From: Rhodospirillaceae bacterium
GTDB lineage: Bacteria; Pseudomonadota; Alphaproteobacteria; Rhodospirillales; UBA2165
Length of the DNA: 64,000 bases
Assembly: GCA_002723345.1 (NCBI GenBank)
Contig: PBNV01000031.1
Span: forward strand, 115,953-179,952
Reading direction: 5' to 3'
Part shown: piece by piece, positions 29,483-37,781 of the stretch
Layout: each line of letters begins with the position of its first letter
How positions within the stretch are numbered: the first letter of the stretch is position 1
Translations under genes and position numbers: made by a program
Notes under the pieces: model-generated
What the model was told of the DNA's origin: nothing
What the model saw: only the letters and a program-made list of their open reading frames with translations
Database searches by the model: none

Positions 29483-30286
29483 ATGAATATACAGGCAGCA
29501 AAAATAACGGGCATACCCTTTATTTTAATTTTATTACTGATCGCGACGCCGTTGCAATCTCATGAATTCTGGCTGGAAACGTCGAATTATCAACCTAAGA
29601 TCGCTGAAAAGCTGCCCATCACCCTCCACTTAGGTGAATTTTTTAACGGCGTCAGTATTCCTTATTTGCGAAACGAATTCGTTCTTTTTCAGACCTATAC
29701 AGGCAACACCATCAAGTTTGTAAATGGCGTTGATGGAGATTTGCCGGCCGCGACGCTTACCGTCTCCCAGCCAGAACTTACTTTGGTTACCTATCGCAGC
29801 ACGCCGTCGAGTATAAAGTTTGAAGAATGGGATAAATTTGAGAGTTACCTCCAAAATCAGGGGCTCGAACACGTTATCCAAAGTCACACGATATCGGGGA
29901 AACCGACAAAAAATATTACGGAGCTTTATGAGCGCAACGCGAAACTGTTAATAGGTGCCGGTGTCGTCGGTCGGGATCGAAAGACCGGTTTGCCTTTAGA
30001 GATCGTTGCGGAGAGCAACCCCTCCACACTAAACCGCAGTTCTACTCTCTCCGTGCGGCTTTTTTTTAGGGGTAAGCCGCTCGTCGGTTCTCAAATTACA
30101 GCATTCGCAAAGGCCGAACCAACTCGTCCTCTAAAAATCCGGACCGACTCAACTGGACGGGCTAAAATCCACCTGCCGCATGCCGGTGCGTGGCTCGTTA
30201 GTACTGTCCATATGGTGGCTCCTCCAGCGGCAGAGAATGCGGACTGGTACAGCTATTGGGCCTCTTTGGTATTTTTCCGACAGTAG
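29483..30286 (+). CDS. DUF4198 (NikM-like) periplasmic metal-uptake protein
   Basis: Signal peptide followed by the mature N-terminus HEFWLE, characteristic of DUF4198. It is divergent from the HupE-like gene with only about 50 nt between the starts. Confidence 0.75.
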   Translation: MNIQAAKITGIPFILILLLIATPLQSHEFWLETSNYQPKIAEKLPITLHLGEFFNGVSIPYLRNEFVLFQTYTGNTIKFVNGVDGDLPAATLTVSQPELTLVTYRSTPSSIKFEEWDKFESYLQNQGLEHVIQSHTISGKPTKNITELYERNAKLLIGAGVVGRDRKTGLPLEIVAESNPSTLNRSSTLSVRLFFRGKPLVGSQITAFAKAEPTRPLKIRTDSTGRAKIHLPHAGAWLVSTVHMVAPPAAENADWYSYWASLVFFRQ

Positions 30287-30401
30287 TTAGGTTATCAGTC
30301 CTGCCCCCATTCAGTTGCAACATTGGGATCAGGGATACTTAGTATATGGCGGAGACACTTGGTCCAAAAACACTGCGACCGAAACCCCGGGCCTCGAGCC
30401 C

Positions 30402-31121
30402 TTAACTGAACAAGATGGTAACGCCCGTCACGGCCACCAGCCACGCTACCACTGAGGTAAACCAGGTTAGCGGGAGTATTTGAAATAACTTTGCACCTGC
30501 CCAAACCCCAAACAAAAAGGGCGGTGTGAAGATTGCCGCGAGGAGAAGGGTTTCTGCCAGAATTTTGCCCGCATAAATCAATCCGAGTAGAAAAAAAATA
30601 ATCGTCAGTCCGGCAGAGACAACGATATGCGCTCGCTGCGTTATTGGGTTCCCGTTTGAAGAAACGAAATAGAGCGCAAAAAACTGGCCGGCTGGCACCC
30701 CTAATCCCCCAAGAGCGCCGCCGCTTAGCATCCCCGCGCAGACACCAGCATAGGATGATCTAGGGCCACTGTATTTCCAACCTCCGATTAGCAGGACAGC
30801 GGCAAACATCAAAAACCCGCCCATCAACTTCTTGATGGTTGCTGGGTCATTAGAGACGAGAAACCCTACCGTCAAAAAACAGGTAATGGCTGCCGCCACC
30901 AATGGGGGCATTAGCACGCCCCAATCTGCTGCCTTAAGGGCATTTGGTAGAAGCTGAATTCCGCCAATGCTCGAGACAATGGCCGCAATGGCGATACCCT
31001 CAATGGGGCCAAAAATTATGGCAAAGATTGGCACGAGAAATAACCCGCTCGCGAAGCCCGTATAGCCCCTAATAAGCCCGCTGAGGAGGCTGGTCGCAAA
31101 AGCTACGGAGATCTCGAGCAT
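30402..31121 (-). CDS. TauE/SafE-family anion exporter-like membrane protein
   Basis: 239 aa, highly hydrophobic, with a two-half repeat carrying G-rich helices typical of the TauE family. Confidence 0.75.
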   Translation of the reverse strand: MLEISVAFATSLLSGLIRGYTGFASGLFLVPIFAIIFGPIEGIAIAAIVSSIGGIQLLPNALKAADWGVLMPPLVAAAITCFLTVGFLVSNDPATIKKLMGGFLMFAAVLLIGGWKYSGPRSSYAGVCAGMLSGGALGGLGVPAGQFFALYFVSSNGNPITQRAHIVVSAGLTIIFFLLGLIYAGKILAETLLLAAIFTPPFLFGVWAGAKLFQILPLTWFTSVVAWLVAVTGVTILFS

Positions 31122-31287
31122 AAGGAATGCCAGGGTTAGCTCTAAGGTTTTGGAAAATGACGAAAATTAGCAAGTTTGGATAATTTGATTATAATCATAG
31201 CTCTTTCCATGGACACACCATTTGCGTAATTAACCAATCTTTTTTATATGTTAGTTAATTTCTAAGGAATGGTCAGGGTAATCTATT

Positions 31288-32337
31288 ATGACAAATTTTG
31301 CTAATGAGCCAGTTATTGAGGACGCTTGGTATATAGCTGGATGGTCTCACGAGTTGAGTGATGGCCCGGTAGCACGTCGTATAATGGACGAAGATGTCGT
31401 CTTATTTCGCACTGTGAATGGTAAGGCCGGAGCATTGGAGGACCGTTGTTGTCATCGAGGCGTGCGTTTATCCCTGGGTGAGTGCACCGATGCGGGAATC
31501 CGGTGCGGTTACCATGGTATGGCTTTCGGGCCCAGTGGTGAATGCATTGATAACCCTGGTGAGAAATTGAATCGGTCATTTTGTGTTCGTTCTTTTCCAT
31601 TGGTGGAACGCCAAAATTTCTTGTGGATTTGGATGGGAGAACCAGCAAATGCAGATGAAGATCTGATTATAGATTTTCCATATCACGATCAATGGAGTTT
31701 CCATTTTGGGCATTATCCAATAGAGGCCAACTTTATGTTTCTTATCGATAATCTGATGGACTTGACCCATTTGGGATACGTACACGGCAGTACGATCGGT
31801 GGTGATATTGAAAATCAAAATGTGGCCGAGGTGGAAACTTGGAAGACAGAAAAGGGTGCAAGGTTTGTTCGATGGATGGAGGACGTACCTCCGCCACCTA
31901 CCTTTGTCGCATCAGGAGGCTTTCAGGGTAATATCGATCGCCGAGCCGAGTTTGAATACATTGCCCCCGCGTCTGTTATGCAATCTACTGGCGTATTTGA
32001 CGCAGGAAAAGGTAGCAAAGAGAGTATTGATCTGGACGGAGGTTTAAAGTTTCGATTATTTCATCATGCGACCCCGGCGTCTGAGAGTGAGTTTCATTAT
32101 TTTTTTTCGGCAGGGGTTGAAGGAGCCACACTCGAGTCGCCCGAGAGCCAGAAATTTTTTCAAGATGTTTTAGATGCGTTCCTTGAGGATAAGCTCTTTA
32201 TTGAGGCACAACAAGATGCCGTAGCCCGAAACCCCTCAGAGCGATTATTGCTTAGGGAACACGACAGGGCTGTTGCCTACGCGCGACAAGCCGTTGCCCA
32301 ACTGCGCCGCCAAAATTTTGCCACGGCTGCAGAATAG
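31288..32337 (+). CDS. Rieske [2Fe-2S] non-heme-iron oxygenase alpha subunit (VanA/PaO-like)
   Basis: Rieske motif CCHRGVRLS...CGYHGMAF and a mononuclear-iron region DNLMDLTHLGYVHGST. The size of 349 aa fits the vanillate-demethylase-like class. Confidence 0.8.
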   Translation: MTNFANEPVIEDAWYIAGWSHELSDGPVARRIMDEDVVLFRTVNGKAGALEDRCCHRGVRLSLGECTDAGIRCGYHGMAFGPSGECIDNPGEKLNRSFCVRSFPLVERQNFLWIWMGEPANADEDLIIDFPYHDQWSFHFGHYPIEANFMFLIDNLMDLTHLGYVHGSTIGGDIENQNVAEVETWKTEKGARFVRWMEDVPPPPTFVASGGFQGNIDRRAEFEYIAPASVMQSTGVFDAGKGSKESIDLDGGLKFRLFHHATPASESEFHYFFSAGVEGATLESPESQKFFQDVLDAFLEDKLFIEAQQDAVARNPSERLLLREHDRAVAYARQAVAQLRRQNFATAAE

Positions 32338-32552
32338 TTATCCTAAGTTCACATTCGCGAGGAAATTAGGCGCTTTGATACTGGACCGGATGCAAAACAT
32401 CGGTTGATAGTCACAAATCGTAGTGAGTGCTTTAGAAGGTATTAATCAGGTTAACGCTGCGCTGAGTAGGTGCGGACCTGGCCCTTTTTCTTTTTTTCCG
32501 ACAGGTTTTCTGGTAGACCCTCTGTCGAGAGTTATCGCACTACTTAGGCTCT

Positions 32553-32771
32553 ATGCAGATGATCAAAAAGGCGATCCCACTGTTAACCTTACTGCTGGTG
32601 ATGTTTTGGCCGAGCGCTTCACAGGCTTATTTAGATCCTGCGACAGGCAGTATGCTCATACAGTTGTTAGTCGGTGGAGCAGTAGCTATTGGTGTTACGT
32701 TGAAAATGTATTGGGAGAAAGTCAGGTTTTTCTGGCAAAAAAAAGTTTTGAAAAAAGATCGACCTGAATAG
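32553..32771 (+). CDS. Small membrane protein with a YLDPATGS motif
   Basis: 72 aa: signal-like N-terminus, AYLDPATGSMLIQLLVGGAVAIGV (a hydrophobic helix), and a basic tail. It is preferred over the overlapping 114-aa ORF at 32423..32767, which has no membrane or signal logic. Confidence 0.4.
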   Translation: MQMIKKAIPLLTLLLVMFWPSASQAYLDPATGSMLIQLLVGGAVAIGVTLKMYWEKVRFFWQKKVLKKDRPE

Positions 32772-32924
32772 CAAGTTCGGTCGAATAAAAGTGCCAATGC
32801 GCACGTCTGGTGTTTTTAGCGCAAGGCCTTTACTCCCGAGAAAACACTTAAATTTTCAAATGATATTTCTTTTCAGTAATTTTCCAGAATTATTTTACTC
32901 GGAATGGCAGATACATTTTAAAAC

Positions 32925-34442
32925 ATGCATAATTTAAGCGTCAAAAAAGGCTTTGCTCTAATATTACCTTGCTTGGTTTTCATTACGATGCAGGTTGTTT
33001 TTCAGTCTAGTCAGCTGCATTCAATACTAAATCTGGAGAGTTTAGCCCTCTTTTCTGTATTAGTCTTTGTTGGTGTTTGGGCAGGAGTCTTACTTGAATT
33101 TGAAAATCGCATGGTATCTTCAATTGTTATTGGGGCGCTATTTTCCATATTCCTAAATTTTATCGTATCCATAGAATACTCTGAGATTCGCATGCGCCAC
33201 AGTGTCCCCTTTTACTTTCTTATAGGTTTTTCCATTCATTGGTTTATGGGTGGGAAATTTCTAGTCATAATTTCTTCTGGTTTAATTGCAGTCTTATTAT
33301 CAACTTTATTGCTTCCATCAGAAAAGCCTTGGAAGGAGAACACGTTTAAGTTGGCGAAAACCGTACACCCCTCAAATTACCGCTCACCAATTCTTCACAT
33401 AATTTTAGATGGGCATCTTGGGTTGGCAGCATTTCCTCGTCAAATTGAGGGAGTTGAGCGATTAAACAAAAGAATTGGCGGTATCTATAAACAATATGGC
33501 TTTAAGGTTTATTCCCATGCTTTTAGCCGCCACAATTATACTCAAAACTCTATTCCAGAAATCCTAAATTTGAAGGAAATCAAAATTGATAAGAGTTATA
33601 TTAAAACGGACCCAAAACGCGGATTCGTACTAAAAAAGTCGGCCGTATTCGAGCAATACCGTAAGCACGGCTATGAATTGAACGTATTTCAGACCGATGT
33701 CATGGACTTTTGTTCGTTGGGATATTTTTCTTATTGCCTGACCGCGCCTTATAGAAACCTTGCATGGCTATCAAAGTCGGGCTTCGATTTTTCCACGAAA
33801 TTTTTCGTACTGGCATCAGCATTTCTAAACCAATCAAATTTGTTCCGTTGGTTTGAGAGGTATGTGCTGGCTAGGTGGAATATCGCTGCCCATCCGAAGA
33901 GTTTTCCGCCCGTCAACATGGTAGAGATGTTTAAACGAATTTCGAGGAGCACAGATTTGATTAAACCTGGGACCGTATCACTCGCCCATGTTCTGCTACC
34001 TCACGAGCCCTATGCTTTGGATGAATTATGCAACCTTCGTCCAATAAGTGAATGGTACCCTCAGAATTTAATTAAGGACCAGGAGTCTTACTTCGCTCAG
34101 ATGAATTGCACATACACGCTACTAGAGGAGTTGTTTGAATCGATCCGTAACAATCAAAGCGCAAAAGACGCTATCATAATTGTCCACGGCGATCATGGTT
34201 CCCGTATCGCACACAATGAAAAGTATGCAAAACTGTACACTTACTCCACGTTGTTTGCCGTTCGACACCCAAATTTACCCGCAAATGTTTTTAGCGATGA
34301 AGAGAGTATCACGACATTATTTTCCAAACATGTGTTGGAGTACCTTGGCCTAAACGACGGTAAAAAATTTAGAAACAACTCAATAATGAAAATTAAAGAG
34401 GCTGGCGGGGAGCTGGTCGAGGATGCAGCCCTAAAGTTTTAA
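32925..34442 (+). CDS. Membrane-anchored sulfatase/alkaline-phosphatase-superfamily transferase-hydrolase (LtaS/EptA-like architecture)
   Basis: 505 aa with about 5 N-terminal TM helices and then a soluble domain. That domain has ILHIILDGHLG (metal-ligand Asp region), a candidate nucleophile region HNYTQNSIPE, HVLLPHEPY, and IIVHGDHGSRI (the HGDHG metal motif). Confidence 0.6.
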   Translation: MHNLSVKKGFALILPCLVFITMQVVFQSSQLHSILNLESLALFSVLVFVGVWAGVLLEFENRMVSSIVIGALFSIFLNFIVSIEYSEIRMRHSVPFYFLIGFSIHWFMGGKFLVIISSGLIAVLLSTLLLPSEKPWKENTFKLAKTVHPSNYRSPILHIILDGHLGLAAFPRQIEGVERLNKRIGGIYKQYGFKVYSHAFSRHNYTQNSIPEILNLKEIKIDKSYIKTDPKRGFVLKKSAVFEQYRKHGYELNVFQTDVMDFCSLGYFSYCLTAPYRNLAWLSKSGFDFSTKFFVLASAFLNQSNLFRWFERYVLARWNIAAHPKSFPPVNMVEMFKRISRSTDLIKPGTVSLAHVLLPHEPYALDELCNLRPISEWYPQNLIKDQESYFAQMNCTYTLLEELFESIRNNQSAKDAIIIVHGDHGSRIAHNEKYAKLYTYSTLFAVRHPNLPANVFSDEESITTLFSKHVLEYLGLNDGKKFRNNSIMKIKEAGGELVEDAALKF

Positions 34443-34479
34443 AGGAAGGACCCGTTTTTGATGCTGGCTCAAACCCGAT

Positions 34480-36030
34480 TTAAAGTACACGCCTTCGGAT
34501 TTGCGAAGAAACCATGTCAATTATGAAGATGGTAACAAAAATCATAATAATTATTGCAGATACTCGAGGGTAGTTAAACATTCTAAACGATGATTGAAGT
34601 TCGTATCCTATGCCACCAGCTCCGACTATACCAAGCATGGTGGCCATTCTCACGTTTCGGTCAAGGATATACAAATTGTTGCCAACAAAAGATGGAAGCA
34701 CTTGAGGGATTATAGAAAAAGCGAGAACCTGGAGGCGCGAGGCATTCATCGAGGTAAGTGCTTCTGACGGGCCTGGATCTATATGTTCGATGGCCTCGGC
34801 ATAAAATTTAGCAAGAAATCCCATCGTGTGAAGACCGAGAGCTAGAACTCCAGGGATTGCGCCAAAACCCACAGCAATGACCAAGATCATTGCCATTACA
34901 AATTCGGGAACGGCTCTAAAAAACACGGTTATAACCCGACACATCACATAAATACTATAATTTGGAGAAATATTGGAAGCTGATAAGAACCCGAGAGGAA
35001 TTGATAGGGTAATGGCCATTAATGTCCCTAAAAAAGCCATCTCAACTGTTTCTAGCATCAACCCAAGTAATTGATTCATATTGGAAAAATCTGGTGGCAT
35101 CATTCTTTGAATGACATCGGAAAAATAGGTAAAAGTATTATGAAACAGCTCTAATGGGTCGATCTCTAAATCTATAATTGCTAAAATTGTAAATAGAATT
35201 AGACCTGAAATGCTCAAATATGTGGGCCAATTCCATTGCGGTAGGATGTAAGACTCCAAAAGCTTGCGGTTGCCTTCCTCTATGTCGATATATTTGTCTA
35301 ATTTTCCACCATAACCACTTATTTCTGCACTTTCATGAGCGACTAGGACTAATTCTTTGATCGTATTTTTAGTTTTCTCCGGCAATACTGATGAGAAGAC
35401 CAATGGAGCGCCTGGAATAGGCTTAGACTCATGAAGGATACGTATCCTTTGGGCGTACTCTGGGTTACGAGCAATATTCTCTTGCAGATTCACTGAGCTT
35501 ACGGCTGCAACATCAGCACGACCCTCCAATAATATTCGGATAGCCTCATCATGATTATTTGCTTCTATAATTTCAGAAAAATGCAACCTGTTATCTAGAT
35601 TTACCCCGACATCTTTTAGTTCTCTTTTAGGGACGAGGTATCCACTCATAGATTGCGGATTACCTATAACTATTCTCGTCCCCTTAATGTTTTTTAGATC
35701 CTCAACATTTGACTCTTTGAGAGAAATAAAAAGGCTATTGTATGTTGGGGTTGATTGTCCCTTCAGCAACCCGACTGCAAAAGGCTGTATAATCCCTTTT
35801 TCGTTAGCCTCAAGATACGCGTAAGGGCCTAGCCATCCCATTTGCGCTTCCCCGTTTGTCAGTTTAGAGAGCGCCTCTTCATAACTTTCGCAGCGCTGGA
35901 TATGGAAGGAAAAAGATGTTTTCTCTGTCAGAAATTCAAAGAGATTATCAAAATCGAGGCCGGAGGCTTTTCGGCTCGCGGGTGCGATGGCCACTTGAAT
36001 TGTTGTTTCAGGTTCCACCATTTCCATCAA
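34480..36030 (-). CDS. Fusion protein: PhnD-like phosphonate-binding domain plus PhnE-like ABC permease
   Basis: 516 aa. Residues about 1-260 are PhnD-like (GWLGPYAYLEA, SMSGYLVP, ADVAAVSS). The rest is PhnE-like (ETVEMAFLGT, RAVPEFVMAMILV, LDRNVRMATMLGIVGAGGIG). The N-terminus has no signal peptide. The start is TTG 36030 or ATG 36027. Confidence 0.75.
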   Translation of the reverse strand: MMEMVEPETTIQVAIAPASRKASGLDFDNLFEFLTEKTSFSFHIQRCESYEEALSKLTNGEAQMGWLGPYAYLEANEKGIIQPFAVGLLKGQSTPTYNSLFISLKESNVEDLKNIKGTRIVIGNPQSMSGYLVPKRELKDVGVNLDNRLHFSEIIEANNHDEAIRILLEGRADVAAVSSVNLQENIARNPEYAQRIRILHESKPIPGAPLVFSSVLPEKTKNTIKELVLVAHESAEISGYGGKLDKYIDIEEGNRKLLESYILPQWNWPTYLSISGLILFTILAIIDLEIDPLELFHNTFTYFSDVIQRMMPPDFSNMNQLLGLMLETVEMAFLGTLMAITLSIPLGFLSASNISPNYSIYVMCRVITVFFRAVPEFVMAMILVIAVGFGAIPGVLALGLHTMGFLAKFYAEAIEHIDPGPSEALTSMNASRLQVLAFSIIPQVLPSFVGNNLYILDRNVRMATMLGIVGAGGIGYELQSSFRMFNYPRVSAIIIMIFVTIFIIDMVSSQIRRRVL

Positions 36031-36050
36031 TTTTCATCCGGGTAACAAAA

Positions 36051-36848
36051 TTAGGATACAAAAGGAACGTCAATACTTGAGATATATTCGTTATTATGGG
36101 CCCCAAAAAACACGTCCTGTCTCTCACTGCCATAGATATTATGGAGGTATTTTAGGTCTAAAGACGCGCTAGGTGCATCAAAAACTATCTTTCCGTTAGT
36201 CAAACCTATAATTCGATCAGCAAATTTCAGCGCCAAGTCTACTTGATGAAGATTACACAAAACGGTAATCCCCTGTGCCGAGCTAATTCGTTTGAGCATT
36301 GATAGCACCTGAAATGCAATTAAGGGATCAAGACTGGCTACCGGTTCATCTGCCAAAACAATTAGAGGCGAGCGAGCTATAGCCCTGGCAATGCCAACTC
36401 TTTGCTGTTGGCCACCAGAGAGTTGATCCGCTCGAACGTGAGCTTTTGAGAGCAGGCCCACTTGATCAATACATTCGAGTGCTCGCAATTTCTGAGATTT
36501 ATCGAATAAATAAAAAAGCGAACCAACTGGGTGGCACTTATCCAACATCCCTGACAGCACATTATTTATCGTCGACAGATTCTTGACCAAGTTAAAATCT
36601 TGAAAAATCATACTAATGTGTTGCCGAGCTACAAACGGATCATCAAAATTTATGTGGTTTTTATTTAAAATAATTGAGCCGCTGGTCGGTTTATTTAATC
36701 CATTTATACTTCTTAATAATGTTGTTTTTCCGGACCCACTAGGTCACAAAATAACAACAAATTCTCCCTTTTTTACCTCAAAATTCACCTCTTTTAATGC
36801 TTTGGTCCCGTCATTAAATGTATGCTGAAGGTTTTGTACGTTTAGCAT
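36051..36848 (-). pseudogene. phnC: Phosphonate-type ABC ATPase PhnC, interrupted by an in-frame TGA at the first Walker-A Gly codon
   Basis: From the ATG at 36848 the frame reads [53 protein letters not shown]...ISMIFQDFNL...[14 protein letters not shown]...[10 protein letters not shown]. The stop codon at 36744..36746 occupies the G of GPSGSGKT. The track reports only the downstream 186 aa. Confidence 0.8.
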
Positions 36849-36906
36849 ATTTTCATGTTTATTAATCAGCGGGTAAAAATAAAAATAAAAAACTTGGCAT
36901 CATGAT

Positions 36907-37755
36907 TTATTTTCTAGCGTCGAGCAAACCCTCCACCTCTCGCAGTAGGTCATAGTCGGAGTCGGTAACAGGGATATAACGTGCCATTTCTCCGCCGTAG
37001 CCCCCAATTTTACCGTGTTTATGAGCCTCCAAAACGGCCGCCCTTATTTTTTTTCTGACTGGCTCCGGGAGCTTAGTCGAGTAGGCTAGTGGGGGAGGTG
37101 GAACGGGGGATGACACATGAATTATGCGGAAATCATCTTTTTTAAACGTTTGATCCTTGAGGCGCGCATCAAAATTTCTAGAACTGACCCCACACACATC
37201 AGCGTGTTTATTTCGGATCGACATCATGCACGCGTCGTGGCTTCCAGCGTAAAAAACGCGTTTAAAGTCCTGGGCTGTTGAAAGACCAAATTTTTGCAGT
37301 TCTACCCGGGGGATTAAATCCCCGCTGGTTGAACCTATACTATTCAGCGCCAGTAATTTGCCTTTTAAGTCGGGCAGTGTTTTGTAGGCGCTGTCCGTAC
37401 GAACAACAAAATAAGTGTTATAAGTCGCATCGGTATCACCTTTACGAACGCCTGCCGCAAAAGCCTCTGCATTTGCTATTTTTGCTGCCATTATGTAGGT
37501 CTTACCACCAAACCAGGCTATTTGCGCCCTGTCTGCCCGCATCGACTCAACGGCCGCATTATAGTCCGTAACTCGAATTGGCGTTATTTCATATCCCGTT
37601 AGCTTGTTTACAATCTCTATTAAATTTACGTAGTCTTTTTCATCGCCCTTCTCGCTGGCTGGAACGAACACCATGTTGATTTTTACTGGTTTTGCTATCA
37701 GGGGAACAGTCCATGCGATCAGCAAAATAACAAAAAGAGGGAGCAATTTATTCAT
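36907..37755 (-). CDS. phnD: PhnD-family periplasmic phosphonate/phosphite-binding protein
   Basis: 282 aa with a signal peptide MNKLLPLFVILLIAWTVPLIA, then MVFVPA, IAWFGGKTYIMA, and STSGDLIPR, typical of the PhnD family. Confidence 0.8.
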   Translation of the reverse strand: MNKLLPLFVILLIAWTVPLIAKPVKINMVFVPASEKGDEKDYVNLIEIVNKLTGYEITPIRVTDYNAAVESMRADRAQIAWFGGKTYIMAAKIANAEAFAAGVRKGDTDATYNTYFVVRTDSAYKTLPDLKGKLLALNSIGSTSGDLIPRVELQKFGLSTAQDFKRVFYAGSHDACMMSIRNKHADVCGVSSRNFDARLKDQTFKKDDFRIIHVSSPVPPPPLAYSTKLPEPVRKKIRAAVLEAHKHGKIGGYGGEMARYIPVTDSDYDLLREVEGLLDARK

Positions 37756-37781
37756 TAATTCACCTACTGGTTACCTTTTTA

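Noticed and set aside
32423-32767. 114-aa ORF overlapping the 72-aa YLDPATGS ORF in another frame.
   Set aside because: It has no signal, TM or family logic. The 72-aa frame has a coherent signal-TM-basic tail architecture. Neither is proven.
32340-32950. Search for a direct repeat of the tRNA-Thr 3' segment (attL/attR) at the left edge of the AT-rich island.
   Set aside because: No convincing match was seen by eye, and no integrase or transposase gene is present. I therefore do not call a mobile element. This needs a proper alignment.
36744-36746. Possibility that the in-frame TGA in phnC is recoded (as Gly in alternative code 25, or as selenocysteine).
   Set aside because: TGA clearly terminates other well-supported genes in this window (e.g. 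rlmN at 6287..6289, the MarR-like gene at 60987..60989, and the NusG paralog at 61487..61489). A Walker-A glycine is not a known selenocysteine position. A point mutation or sequencing error is the simpler explanation.
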